A DNA stretch of 64,000 nucleotides from Hydrogenophilales bacterium (GTDB lineage Bacteria > Pseudomonadota > Gammaproteobacteria > Burkholderiales > Eutrophovitaceae), in contig CACKOO010000004.1 of the NCBI GenBank assembly GCA_902601765.1, forward strand, positions 5,321 through 69,320, in the 5' to 3' direction. The position numbers and the translations under genes were made by a program. The notes beneath the pieces were generated by a model that did no database searches, was not told the origin of the DNA, and saw nothing but the letters and a program-made list of their open reading frames with translations. Below, piece after piece: positions 1 to 9,413 of the stretch (position 1 is its first letter; the number at the start of each line of letters is the position of its first letter).

Positions 1-602
1 GTTATCACTGCTTTCTCTAAATTCGGGGAATTAAAAAGCCCTCCCGATATAGCAATACTGTCAGCGCCAGCCCGTATAACTGATTCCGCATTTTCGATAT
101 TGATTCCCCCGATTCCTACGACCGGCATGTTCACCTGATCCTTAAATAGTTTTATGACCCTGAGATTTGCTTTAGACGCAGAAGGTTTCGTAGTCGAATT
201 AAAAAAACTACCAAAAGCTACGTAATCCGCACGATTTTGATACGCTTCTAACGCTAAATCAATTTGGTTGTAACAGGATGCTCCAATTATGGCAAATTTT
301 GACAAGCTTTCGCGAGCATACTTCAATTCAGCGTCATATCTACCCAAATGCACACCATCAGCATTGCATTGCTTTGCGAGCTCAATTGAATCGTTTACGA
401 TGAAAATTCCCCCTTTTGATCGGATAACTTTGGATATCAAACCCACTTGTTCTTTTTTCTTGTCAAAAGATGAAATTTTATTACGATATTGGAACAAATT
501 TACCCCTAAACTCAAAAGTATTTCTATTTTTTCAACTAAAAAATCCGTATTTTCCGTCTGCGGAGTTATAGCATAGAGACCTGATATAAGATGCGACTTC
601 AT
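1..602 (-). CDS. thiE: Thiamine-phosphate synthase (partial, runs off the left edge; not in ORF track)
   Basis: Manual minus-strand translation from ATG 602 (alternative in-frame ATG 608): MKSHLISGLYAITPQ...GVNLFQYRNK...ADGVHLG...GASCYN...ADYVAFGSFFNSTTKP...PVVGIGGINIENAESVIRAGADSIAI, the ThiE motif series. Confidence 0.93.
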   Translation of the reverse strand, partial: MKSHLISGLYAITPQTENTDFLVEKIEILLSLGVNLFQYRNKISSFDKKKEQVGLISKVIRSKGGIFIVNDSIELAKQCNADGVHLGRYDAELKYARESLSKFAIIGASCYNQIDLALEAYQNRADYVAFGSFFNSTTKPSASKANLRVIKLFKDQVNMPVVGIGGINIENAESVIRAGADSIAISGGLFNSPNLEKAVI

Positions 603-781
603 AATCATTCCAGAAAAAAATTCCAATACAAATAATGCCAAACTTTTTTTGTCGGCTCAAATTTAGGGGATTTGTCACTAGAAAAAATATACGATACGCA
701 CTACTATGTGTTGTTTGTTTGAGACCATATTGTGAATCAATTAAGAATGTTAAAAAATCCCACTAAAATAAAGTCGATAAA

Positions 782-955
782 ATGCAAGAATACAAAACCT
801 ACATGTGTTTAATTTGTGGTTGGATTTATGACGAAGAAGAAGGATTACCTGAAGAAGGTATTGCTCCTGGAACTCCTTGGGACCAAGTTCCAGAAAACTT
901 TGTATGTCCAGAATGTGGGGTAACAAAAGAGGAATTTGAATTAACAGAAATTTGA
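782..955 (+). CDS. Rubredoxin, 57 aa (not in ORF track)
   Basis: Manual translation [57 protein letters not shown]; two CxxCG knuckles. Confidence 0.96.
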   Translation: MQEYKTYMCLICGWIYDEEEGLPEEGIAPGTPWDQVPENFVCPECGVTKEEFELTEI

Positions 956-968
956 GAGATTTAAGATT

Positions 969-1364
969 ATGCGAATATTACACACAATGCTGAGAGTTGC
1001 TAACCTTGAGCAATCGATTGAATTCTATTCAAATATTTTGGGAATGAAGTTGTTGAGAAAGTCAGAATATCCTGAGGGTAGATTCACGTTAGCATTTGTC
1101 GGATACGGCGATGAGGAATCTGATTCAGTTCTGGAACTCACACACAATTGGGATACCAAAACTTACGATTTGGGATCAGGATATGGACATATAGCAATTG
1201 AAGTTCGAGATGCCTATGAGATATGCGACCAAATAAGAAATAGAGGTGGTAAAGTCATAAGAGAGGCGGGTCCGATGAAGCATGGCTCAACAGTCATAGC
1301 GTTTGTTGAAGATCCCGACGGCTACAAAATAGAATTTATACAACAAAAGAGACCTGATAATTAA
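969..1364 (+). CDS. gloA: Lactoylglutathione lyase (glyoxalase I)
   Basis: [38 protein letters not shown] motifs. Confidence 0.96.
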   Translation: MRILHTMLRVANLEQSIEFYSNILGMKLLRKSEYPEGRFTLAFVGYGDEESDSVLELTHNWDTKTYDLGSGYGHIAIEVRDAYEICDQIRNRGGKVIREAGPMKHGSTVIAFVEDPDGYKIEFIQQKRPDN

Positions 1365-1372
1365 AACTAATG

Positions 1373-2155
1373 CTACTTAAAGCTCTCATTCGCAAGATTG
1401 ATAAAATTTTCTACGCTAAGATTTTCAGCTCTAAGTTTGGAATCTATCCCCACCGTACAAAAAGTATCAGCGTTTACAATATCCTTTAGTGAATTTCTAA
1501 GCATCTTGCGTCTTTGGGAGAAAGCTCTTGCCACCACCAATTTATAGTGTTCATAATTTTTGGCTTTGATATGCCTATTTTTGATTGGTATCATTCGCAC
1601 TAGCGAAGACCACACCTTAGGGGCCGGGGAAAAACAATTGGGAGAAACGTCAAATAAAGAATCCATTTTCCAGCGGTACTGTAACATTACGCTCAACCTA
1701 CCGTATGCTTTACTACCGGGTGAAGCAACCATTCTTTCAACTACTTCTTTCTGTAGCATGAAGTGTGCGTCTTGGATTAAATCAAAAAATGAATTGACAT
1801 GAAATAATATTGGAGAAGATATATGATAGGGCAGATTACCCACCAACCGTAACCTTGTCCCAAAGCAACTTAGGTCTATTTTTAAAATGTCATCTTGTTT
1901 CACCCTTAAATCAAATTCAGAATATTTATCTTTCAGAAAAACTACTAGCCTTGGATCTAATTCTACTGCTGCCAAACAGTTAACTCGTTTAAAAATATTG
2001 TCAGTTAAAGCCCCAAGTCCAGGACCAAGTTCGAGTAAATTATCTCGCTTGTCGGGCAAAACAGACTCTACAATTTTAGAGGCAATATTTTGGTCAGTGA
2101 GAAAATTTTGACTCAGTTTTGGGTTGGCGATGCTTGGTACTCTATGAAATTCCAG
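1373..2155 (-). CDS. rsmA: 16S rRNA m6(2)A1518/A1519 dimethyltransferase; likely CTG start at 2155
   Basis: LELGPGLG, VGNLPYHISSP, MLQKEV, YGRLSV motifs. The frame extends upstream of the track's TTG (2059) through the conserved SQNFLTD motif. The only near-cognate start with an SD (GAGGTGA) before the in-frame TAA is CTG at 2155-2153. Confidence 0.92.
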   Translation of the reverse strand: MEFHRVPSIANPKLSQNFLTDQNIASKIVESVLPDKRDNLLELGPGLGALTDNIFKRVNCLAAVELDPRLVVFLKDKYSEFDLRVKQDDILKIDLSCFGTRLRLVGNLPYHISSPILFHVNSFFDLIQDAHFMLQKEVVERMVASPGSKAYGRLSVMLQYRWKMDSLFDVSPNCFSPAPKVWSSLVRMIPIKNRHIKAKNYEHYKLVVARAFSQRRKMLRNSLKDIVNADTFCTVGIDSKLRAENLSVENFINLANESFK

Positions 2156-2157
2156 GG

Positions 2158-3465
2158 CTAAATCACCTCTTCCAGATACTTAATGTAAGCCTTGTCTCTC
2201 TGCACCCTGATCCACTCTTGATAAGCTTGATCTGATTTCCTCTGCCTAATCACCTGTTGGGCTTGTAATCTTTGGCGCTCATCAGACATATCCTGATCTC
2301 GCCTTTCAACTACTTGGATCAAGTGCCAACCAAAGGGTGATTTTATTGGATCACTTACATTACCCTCCTCTAAGCTAACCATTGCCCTCTCAAATTCGGG
2401 AACGGTTTCTCCGTTAGAAAGCCAACCTAAGTCACCCCCACGGGATGCACTAACGTCATCAGAAAATTGTTGCGCTAAAACAGCAAATTCAACTCCCCCC
2501 AGCAAGACTCTATCTCTTAGCTCGAGCAATTTCCGCCTAGCTTCTTCATCCGATCTAATCTCATTTAATCTTAATAAGATATGCCTCGCTCGCGTTTGTT
2601 TCACTATTACAGGCGTATTATTTCCTCTCTTATTAACGAGTTTTAAAATATGAAAACCATTGGCACTTTGCAAAACTTTACTCGCGTTCCCAACTATCAT
2701 GTTTTCAGCCTCGGCAATGAAGATTTCGGGCAACTGGTCCGCTGTTCTCCACCCCAACGAACCTCCTTCCAATGCATTCTGAGCATCAGAGCTACTCGCT
2801 GAAATTTGCCTGAAATTTGCGCCCTCCTTGAGTTTTGACAATATCTCATCAGCTTTAACTTTTTTCTCCAGTATCATGTCGGCTGTAGCCCCCTCGGGCA
2901 CCAGAACAAGAATATGAGCTAAAAGGTAATGATCAGCCCCTTGGGGGCCACTACGATTCTTTGACAAATAATTCACAATGTCAGATTCAGTTATTGCAAT
3001 TTGCGAATCGATTTCGCGTTTTTTTAACTGAGTTATTAGAATTTGTTCTTTGATTTGCTCTCTAAACCTTTCAAAATTAAGTCCAGAATCCTGTAAAGAT
3101 ATTTTGAGCTGATCTATGCTAATTTCTTCTCTTTTTAGAATACGAGATATTGTATCCCTCACCACCTCATCCGACGCAATTAATCCGCTTTCTAATGCGT
3201 TTTGCACTAGGATTTTAGACATTATCATTCTTTCGAGAACTTGATTTCTCAACACAGATGACGCCGGCAACGGAACATCCTCTTTCTTAAGTCTTTCAAT
3301 CACCGATAAAACCTCATCGTCTAACTCTAGCTTAGTTATTACATCATGGTTCACTATGGCAACGATTGTATCCAATAAAACCGGTGCTTTTTCTCCTTTT
3401 ACGAGATTGAACGAAAACAGTAAAAGCCAAGTGCCAAATAAAAATTTCAGAAAGGTATTTTTCAT
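2158..3465 (-). CDS. surA: Periplasmic chaperone / parvulin PPIase SurA
   Basis: Signal peptide, LDTIVAIVNHDVIT N-domain, two parvulin domains (HIL, GGSLGW / GGDLGW, FGWHLI); follows lptD. Confidence 0.95.
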   Translation of the reverse strand: MKNTFLKFLFGTWLLLFSFNLVKGEKAPVLLDTIVAIVNHDVITKLELDDEVLSVIERLKKEDVPLPASSVLRNQVLERMIMSKILVQNALESGLIASDEVVRDTISRILKREEISIDQLKISLQDSGLNFERFREQIKEQILITQLKKREIDSQIAITESDIVNYLSKNRSGPQGADHYLLAHILVLVPEGATADMILEKKVKADEILSKLKEGANFRQISASSSDAQNALEGGSLGWRTADQLPEIFIAEAENMIVGNASKVLQSANGFHILKLVNKRGNNTPVIVKQTRARHILLRLNEIRSDEEARRKLLELRDRVLLGGVEFAVLAQQFSDDVSASRGGDLGWLSNGETVPEFERAMVSLEEGNVSDPIKSPFGWHLIQVVERRDQDMSDERQRLQAQQVIRQRKSDQAYQEWIRVQRDKAYIKYLEEVI

Positions 3466-3517
3466 GATAAATTCTTCTATATTCTATTTTTGTGACCGTA
3501 TAATGATTAAATGATGG

Positions 3518-5689
3518 TTACTTTTTACCATAACCTCGGATATTTTGCTTTAAAACATCAATGGGATTTAGCCCAAGCTTTGACAAACCCGTCAACTCAA
3601 GCTGCAGGAAAAAAGACGTTGAATACTCGTCAGTGGCACTAGCAAACCTGTGTGCCACAAGCCGTGTTTTCCAACAACCAGAATCGCGTTCAAGCCCAAT
3701 GACCCCCTCAATAAGCTGCTTGTCCCTAGTGGAGTAATTCCAGCGTGCTAGAGCTGACCAGTCGCGCCCAACTGGCCACTGCATAGCCCAGTCTAGCTGC
3801 TCAACTGAATCTCGTGTAAATCTATACCCAACATTCATAAGCTTCCCACGATCCGGATTATAGTAAAGCATTGCACTTGATCTCTCCCATTGATCCTCAA
3901 CCAAACTGTATTGAGTAATCACATTTGTGCGAAGATTCTGATTAAGTTCCCCATTTACTCCGATTAACAAATCGGATTTGTTTGAAGTTCTCGGAACATA
4001 ACTTGAATCAAGGCTTACGCGTTGGTCAGAAAAATAATATCTTTGCGCTAAAGTAACTCTTAATTTTTCTACACCATTTTTAGGCCTCAAAAAGCGACTT
4101 GAAACTGCAGCTGTTAACTGATTAGCATCGTTTATCCTATCAGCTCCCGTAAATAAATTTTCTGTAAAAATTTGTGCTAAGCTAAAATCTGATTCTGCTG
4201 TGTCGAAAGTAGGTATGTGTCCTTGTTCGCGATAGGGTATATATACATAATATAGTCTCGGTTCTAATGTTTGCACGTATTCGCTATTAAAAATAGTTGA
4301 CGTTCTCTCGAAGGTAACTCCACTATCTAAACTATAGATTGGAAGCGTCCTTTGCGTGTCAGGCGCACTGTCATCAAAGGTGTATCTCGTGTAGTGATAC
4401 CCTATTTTTGGGGTCAGGTATAAGAAAGATCGACGTAGAGGCCATTTCAAGCTGGGATAAAATACATCTCTGCGGGCTTTTATTAAAGTCCGATGCTCAA
4501 AATCAACCAATTCCCCCCTTACCTCTATATCTGGGCCTATTCTGGTTTTCCTAATACCAAAAAAACGGACCTGCGGAATTCTCTCATACGGTGGAACCAC
4601 AAAATCGCCCGGGTCCTGCAATGTCCTAAAGGTTTGTATTCTAGCCTCTGCATTGTACCACCCACCATCGTAATTAAGGCCAACTTCGCGGGGAAGATTT
4701 GTAAGAGAAGTTGCGTTGATATTATCACTCAAATCAGTAAAGTAATCGTCGTCCGATACACTCTGTAACGACAAGTTCCCAGATAAGTTTTTACCAAAAA
4801 CATACTTTTGGAATACCGAATACGCCCAACGAGAGTCTTTGTATAATTCATCAGAAGAGAGATATTCCGTTTGGATTTTACTGTTAAAACCTTCTGCTAA
4901 ATATCGAAATTCCTGGCTAAGTTGAAAACCTCGCCGCGACATCATTCGAGGAGTAATAGTAGCATCCATGTGCGGTGCGATATTCCAATAATATGGAATC
5001 TTGAATTCCGTACCACTCTGGCCGGTTTGACCGGCAGAGGGCGCTAGTAAACCACTCTTTCTTCGGCCAGTTAGTGAGAAATCCAAGTAAGGAGCGTACA
5101 ATATTGGAGTGTTTTTAAAAACTACCACAGCATTTTTGGCGACCCCTAAATCTTTCACTGTATCTATTGCTAGATTATTAATTCTGAGATGCCAGTCGTC
5201 TGAATCAGCTTCACAAGTAGTATAGGTGCCATTTTCAACCACAAACTCACTATCTGAGTCTGCAAATATTTTATCGGCTGTACCCCTGGCATTTTGTTCC
5301 TCTAAAAAATATTGGGGTTTATAAATAACACCCTTGGAACTTTGCATATTAAAGTCGAGACTATCTCCCGAAATTTCCAACCCATCTGATTCGAGTTTAA
5401 CATTACCCTTGGCATAAACGTCAGAAGAGGAAAATGAATACCTGAGATAATCGGATTTTAAAGTTTTTCCATCACCCATAATTTTGACGTCATCAAATGC
5501 TTCGACAAAATTACCTTGAAATCCGGCTATGCTTCCCGCGCTCAATAGATATTGCACTTTCTTTGTTTCATTATCATACTTCCTTAGGTATGCATTACTT
5601 TTAAGGCCCTCTGGATGGCTATCATATGTATAAATAGTAAAGCCGATTGATATGGCAAGTAGGAAAAAAGTAGGGCAGTATCGGAACAT
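3518..5689 (-). CDS. lptD: LPS assembly outer-membrane protein LptD
   Basis: YTTCE, RRKSGLLAP, PYYWNIAPHMDAT, QTLEPRLYYVYIPY, DRINDANQLT, GCW, FFLQLEL motifs. Start at ATG 5689 preferred over track 5737. Confidence 0.95.
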   Translation of the reverse strand: MFRYCPTFFLLAISIGFTIYTYDSHPEGLKSNAYLRKYDNETKKVQYLLSAGSIAGFQGNFVEAFDDVKIMGDGKTLKSDYLRYSFSSSDVYAKGNVKLESDGLEISGDSLDFNMQSSKGVIYKPQYFLEEQNARGTADKIFADSDSEFVVENGTYTTCEADSDDWHLRINNLAIDTVKDLGVAKNAVVVFKNTPILYAPYLDFSLTGRRKSGLLAPSAGQTGQSGTEFKIPYYWNIAPHMDATITPRMMSRRGFQLSQEFRYLAEGFNSKIQTEYLSSDELYKDSRWAYSVFQKYVFGKNLSGNLSLQSVSDDDYFTDLSDNINATSLTNLPREVGLNYDGGWYNAEARIQTFRTLQDPGDFVVPPYERIPQVRFFGIRKTRIGPDIEVRGELVDFEHRTLIKARRDVFYPSLKWPLRRSFLYLTPKIGYHYTRYTFDDSAPDTQRTLPIYSLDSGVTFERTSTIFNSEYVQTLEPRLYYVYIPYREQGHIPTFDTAESDFSLAQIFTENLFTGADRINDANQLTAAVSSRFLRPKNGVEKLRVTLAQRYYFSDQRVSLDSSYVPRTSNKSDLLIGVNGELNQNLRTNVITQYSLVEDQWERSSAMLYYNPDRGKLMNVGYRFTRDSVEQLDWAMQWPVGRDWSALARWNYSTRDKQLIEGVIGLERDSGCWKTRLVAHRFASATDEYSTSFFLQLELTGLSKLGLNPIDVLKQNIRGYGKK

Positions 5690-5765
5690 TAATGAGTAAT
5701 TATGACAAATAATGATAGTATTTATAAGATTGAACAAATATACAACATCTTAACAAGCTATTCTT

Positions 5766-6746
5766 TTGGAACGTTTAAAACAATTAACTAATTGGATCGA
5801 ACTCAAGCTAAATTGTAATCGATTTAGGCTAGAGCCAGTGTCCTCCGATGCGAGTTTTCGCCGATACTATCGGGTAGTCTTGCAAGAAAGCAAGACGCTT
5901 GTAGCTATGGATGCTCCACCGCAACACCAAGACTGCTACCCTTTTGCGAAAGTAGCCGGCCTGATGGCTACCGCAGGAATAAAAGTGCCGAAAATAATCT
6001 TCTCTGATATGCAAAACGGCTTCCTAATATTGACTGATCTAGGCAAAAACACGTACCTGGACATTATAAATCAAAACAACGCTGAAAAACTTTTTAACAG
6101 CGCTATTGATACGTTAATTAAATGGCAATGTGCGACTTCCGTCAACAAGCTACCGGCCTACAGCAAAAACCTTCTACAAAAAGAACTAGATCTTTTTTTA
6201 GATTGGTATATCGGGGTTCACTTTTCAGGTACTCTAAGTGAAGACTCAATCATCTCATTACGGTCAACCAACGACTTACTGATCTATAACGCTATCGAAC
6301 AAAGCCAAGTTTTTGTTCACCGCGACTATATGCCAAGAAATATTATGGCTTGTCCAGAAGGAGGACCGGGTATCATCGACTTTCAAGATGCAGTGGTAGG
6401 GCCAATCACTTATGATGTGGTTAGTCTATTCAAGGACGCCTTCGTAAGCTGGAGCGAAAAGGATATTGCGCGATGGACAAAATATTATTGGAAAAAAGCT
6501 AAGGACCATAATTTACCCGTCGAAGATTCTTTTACGAATTTCCAAAAACAATTTGACCTGATGGGTGTGCAAAGACACTTGAAGGTTCTGGGCATTTTCG
6601 CTCGGATTTGCTATCGAGATAAAAAACCAAAATATTTAAAAGATGCTCCTCGTTTTTTTAATTATTTGAAAACGACATGTAAACGGCATGACGAGTTGAC
6701 AAAACTTCACCAAGTCCTCGTGAAAATCGAGGAGTACTCTGATTAA
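5766..6746 (+). CDS. amgK: N-acetylmuramate/N-acetylglucosamine kinase (anomeric), TTG start
   Basis: SSDASFRRYYR, MDAPP, VHRDYMPRN, IDFQDAVVGP, QRHLKVLGIFARI; paired with murU, divergent from lptD. Confidence 0.9.
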   Translation: MERLKQLTNWIELKLNCNRFRLEPVSSDASFRRYYRVVLQESKTLVAMDAPPQHQDCYPFAKVAGLMATAGIKVPKIIFSDMQNGFLILTDLGKNTYLDIINQNNAEKLFNSAIDTLIKWQCATSVNKLPAYSKNLLQKELDLFLDWYIGVHFSGTLSEDSIISLRSTNDLLIYNAIEQSQVFVHRDYMPRNIMACPEGGPGIIDFQDAVVGPITYDVVSLFKDAFVSWSEKDIARWTKYYWKKAKDHNLPVEDSFTNFQKQFDLMGVQRHLKVLGIFARICYRDKKPKYLKDAPRFFNYLKTTCKRHDELTKLHQVLVKIEEYSD

Positions 6747-6762
6747 CTAAATTCTCAAGAAT

Positions 6763-7467
6763 ATGATAAAGAGTTTTACTGCAATGATACTTGCTGCTGG
6801 AATGGGAAAGAGAATGCGACCATTAACAAATAATATTCCGAAAGCTCTAATAAAGGTCAATGGCAAACCGCTAATATTGTGGCACTTGCAAAAACTAGAA
6901 GCTGCTGGTTTCCAAAGGGTTATAATTAATCTTTATCATATGGGATCAAAAATAGAGAAGATGATTCGTGAAAATGCACCCAACAGTGTGCAAATTTTCT
7001 TTTCCCGAGAAACCACCTTGCTCGAAACAGCAGGAGGAATTGCTTACGCTCTGCCTCAAATTGACGAATCTTGTTTTGCGGTAATTAATGCAGATATTTA
7101 TACGGAATACGATTTTTCACATTTGAAAAACAAGATATCAATTATCAGCCAAAACTCTGACCAACTTGGCCACATTATCCTGGTTGATAACCCAAAGCAT
7201 AATTCCACGGGAGACTTTTCCCTTAACAAACAATTAGTATCGAATGCCAAAGTCAATCGTCTGACCTTTAGCGGAATTAGTGTTTTCAATCGTAAATTAT
7301 TTACCCATGTTTCCATGAACTCGAGCCAACCATTGGCTCCTATACTAAAGGAAGCTGTATGCCAGAAACTTATAACTGGAACTTATTTTGGCGGCCTTTG
7401 GAGCGATATTGGTACTCCAGATAGACTTAAAGCTTTAAATATGGCGCTTGAGGGAGACCTAAAATAA
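6763..7467 (+). CDS. murU: N-acetylmuramate alpha-1-phosphate uridylyltransferase
   Basis: AMILAAGMGKRMRPLT, LETAGGI, VDNPKHN, WSDIGTPDRL; follows amgK. Confidence 0.9.
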   Translation: MIKSFTAMILAAGMGKRMRPLTNNIPKALIKVNGKPLILWHLQKLEAAGFQRVIINLYHMGSKIEKMIRENAPNSVQIFFSRETTLLETAGGIAYALPQIDESCFAVINADIYTEYDFSHLKNKISIISQNSDQLGHIILVDNPKHNSTGDFSLNKQLVSNAKVNRLTFSGISVFNRKLFTHVSMNSSQPLAPILKEAVCQKLITGTYFGGLWSDIGTPDRLKALNMALEGDLK

Positions 7468-8084
7468 TTTATACACCTGAAAACTTTCACCCCAAAACAA
7501 TCCAAGATGCTTTTAAATTAATCCGAGCCTATGGATTTGCGACATTAATTTCTAATGGGGTCGATGAGGCCTTTGTTAGCCACACCCCGATTATTCTGGA
7601 TGATAAAGAAAAAATCCTTCGTGGGCATCTTTCGAAAAATAACACTCACCACAAAGATTTAGTCAAACACGGTAGGGCGATAGCGATTTTTAACGGACCC
7701 CACCATTATATATCACCAACGTATTACCATTCTCATCCTAGTGTCCCTACATGGAATTATGCAGTTGTCCATGTTTCGGGAAAGGTAGGTATAATTTCTG
7801 AAAAAAAACTTGTTATGAGTTTCTTGTCAGATTTGGTGAATGCTTATGAGTCTGGGAGCAATAATAAATGGGCTTTTGAACTTCCCAAATCTTATTTGGA
7901 CGACATGCTAAAATTTGTTGTGTGTTTTGAAATAAAAATAGAGAAAATTCAAGCTAAGTTCAAATTATCTCAAAATCGTCCACAAAAAGATTTGCCAAAA
8001 ATAATTAAGCACTTAAGGCAGTTAAATAGTGACAACAGCATTGAAATTGCAGACTTAATAATCAACAATGTTCAAGATAAATAA
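7467..8084 (+). CDS. PaiB-family FMN-binding split-barrel protein; non-canonical ATT (or ATA 7464) start
   Basis: The track ORF 7815..8084 is only the C-terminal part. The frame is open from 7452: (I)YTPENF...FATLIS...SHTP...LRGHLSKNN...IFNGPHHYISPTYY...VPTWNYAVVHVSG...KFKLSQNR, full-length PaiB motifs. Confidence 0.88.
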   Translation: MYTPENFHPKTIQDAFKLIRAYGFATLISNGVDEAFVSHTPIILDDKEKILRGHLSKNNTHHKDLVKHGRAIAIFNGPHHYISPTYYHSHPSVPTWNYAVVHVSGKVGIISEKKLVMSFLSDLVNAYESGSNNKWAFELPKSYLDDMLKFVVCFEIKIEKIQAKFKLSQNRPQKDLPKIIKHLRQLNSDNSIEIADLIINNVQDK

Positions 8085-8108
8085 CAATTCCTTGCCATAA
8101 AGAACCAA

Positions 8109-9413
8109 ATGACTGAAATATATATAAATCGTCGAAAGAAATTGATAAAAAAGATTGGGAATGGCCTAGCCCTTATTCGTAATGCCCCTGAGCGAATAAG
8201 GAGCAGAGATACTCAGTACAGGTATCGCCACGATAGTAATTTTTATTATTTATCGGGGTTCACTGAACCAGAATCAATCATTTTTCTCGTTGGGGGTAAT
8301 AAGCCAAAATCTATTCTATTTTGTCGTGAAAAAAATGCAGAGCTCGAACTTTGGGATGGATTTCGGATCGGTCCTGAACTAGCTAAAGACGAATTTTTAT
8401 TTGATGAGGCGTACCCGATTTCACAACTAAAAAAAAGACTACCCGATTTGATAAATAAAGAAAATATGTTTTGGGAACTAGGCGCTGATGCCCAATGGGA
8501 TAATACCCTTATAAGTGCTATTGAGTCTCTCAAACAGAACTCGCGTCGTAGCAATCAACTGTCTGTTGGAATCTTCGATATAAGAAATATTATTCACGAA
8601 ATGCGTTTAGTAAAAGATAAATCTGAGTTAGAAGTTATGCGGCGCGCTGCCGATGTTTCGGCCAAAACCCATAAACTTATAATGCAAACTATAAAACCAG
8701 GCATGTGGGAATTTGAAGTAGAGGCAAAGATCTTATATGAATTTCATAAAAACCGCTCGAAAGCAGCAGCGTATACCTCTGTTGTAGCTGGAGGTAAAAA
8801 TGCGTGCATTCTACATTATATAGATAATAATTCTGAGCTAAAAGATGGTGATTTATTATTAATTGATGCTGGCTGCGAATTAGATGGTTATGCATCTGAC
8901 ATAACGCGAACTTTTCCAATAAGTGAGCGGTTTACTACCCCGCAAAAAGACATTTATGAACTAGTTTTACGAGCTCAACTTGCCGCCATTGATTGCATTT
9001 CAGCAGGTCGCCATTACAATGAACCACACGATGCCGCTATAAAAGTCTTATCTCAAGGCTTTATCGATCTTGGGTTGTGCAAAGGATCTGTTGATTCTGT
9101 GATTGAAAACCAAGAATATATGAAATTCTATATGCATGGAACAGGACATTGGCTGGGCATGGATGTACATGATGTTGGAGCTTATAAGAAGCAGAATAAA
9201 TGGATAAAATTTATTCCTGGTATGGTTTTAACTGTTGAACCGGGTTGTTATATTCGGCCCGAAAATAACATTCCCGAACACTATTGGAATATTGGAATCC
9301 GAATTGAGGATGATGTCGTTGTAAAATCTGATGGTTGCGAAATTATTACATCTAAAACCCCGAAAGAGCCGGAAGAAATAGAGGCCCTAAGAAAAACTGC
9401 TCATGGTTTTTGA
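8109..9413 (+). CDS. pepP: Xaa-Pro aminopeptidase P
   Basis: YRYRHDSNFYYLSGF, ILHY, LIDAGCELDGYASDITRTFP, HGTGHWLGMDVHD, TVEPG, IRIEDD. Confidence 0.96.
   Translation: MTEIYINRRKKLIKKIGNGLALIRNAPERIRSRDTQYRYRHDSNFYYLSGFTEPESIIFLVGGNKPKSILFCREKNAELELWDGFRIGPELAKDEFLFDEAYPISQLKKRLPDLINKENMFWELGADAQWDNTLISAIESLKQNSRRSNQLSVGIFDIRNIIHEMRLVKDKSELEVMRRAADVSAKTHKLIMQTIKPGMWEFEVEAKILYEFHKNRSKAAAYTSVVAGGKNACILHYIDNNSELKDGDLLLIDAGCELDGYASDITRTFPISERFTTPQKDIYELVLRAQLAAIDCISAGRHYNEPHDAAIKVLSQGFIDLGLCKGSVDSVIENQEYMKFYMHGTGHWLGMDVHDVGAYKKQNKWIKFIPGMVLTVEPGCYIRPENNIPEHYWNIGIRIEDDVVVKSDGCEIITSKTPKEPEEIEALRKTAHGF

Noticed and set aside
289-576. 95-aa plus-strand ORF
   Set aside because: Antisense shadow of thiE.
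603-781. TPP riboswitch upstream of thiE
   Set aside because: No CUGAGA or ACCUG core on the minus strand.
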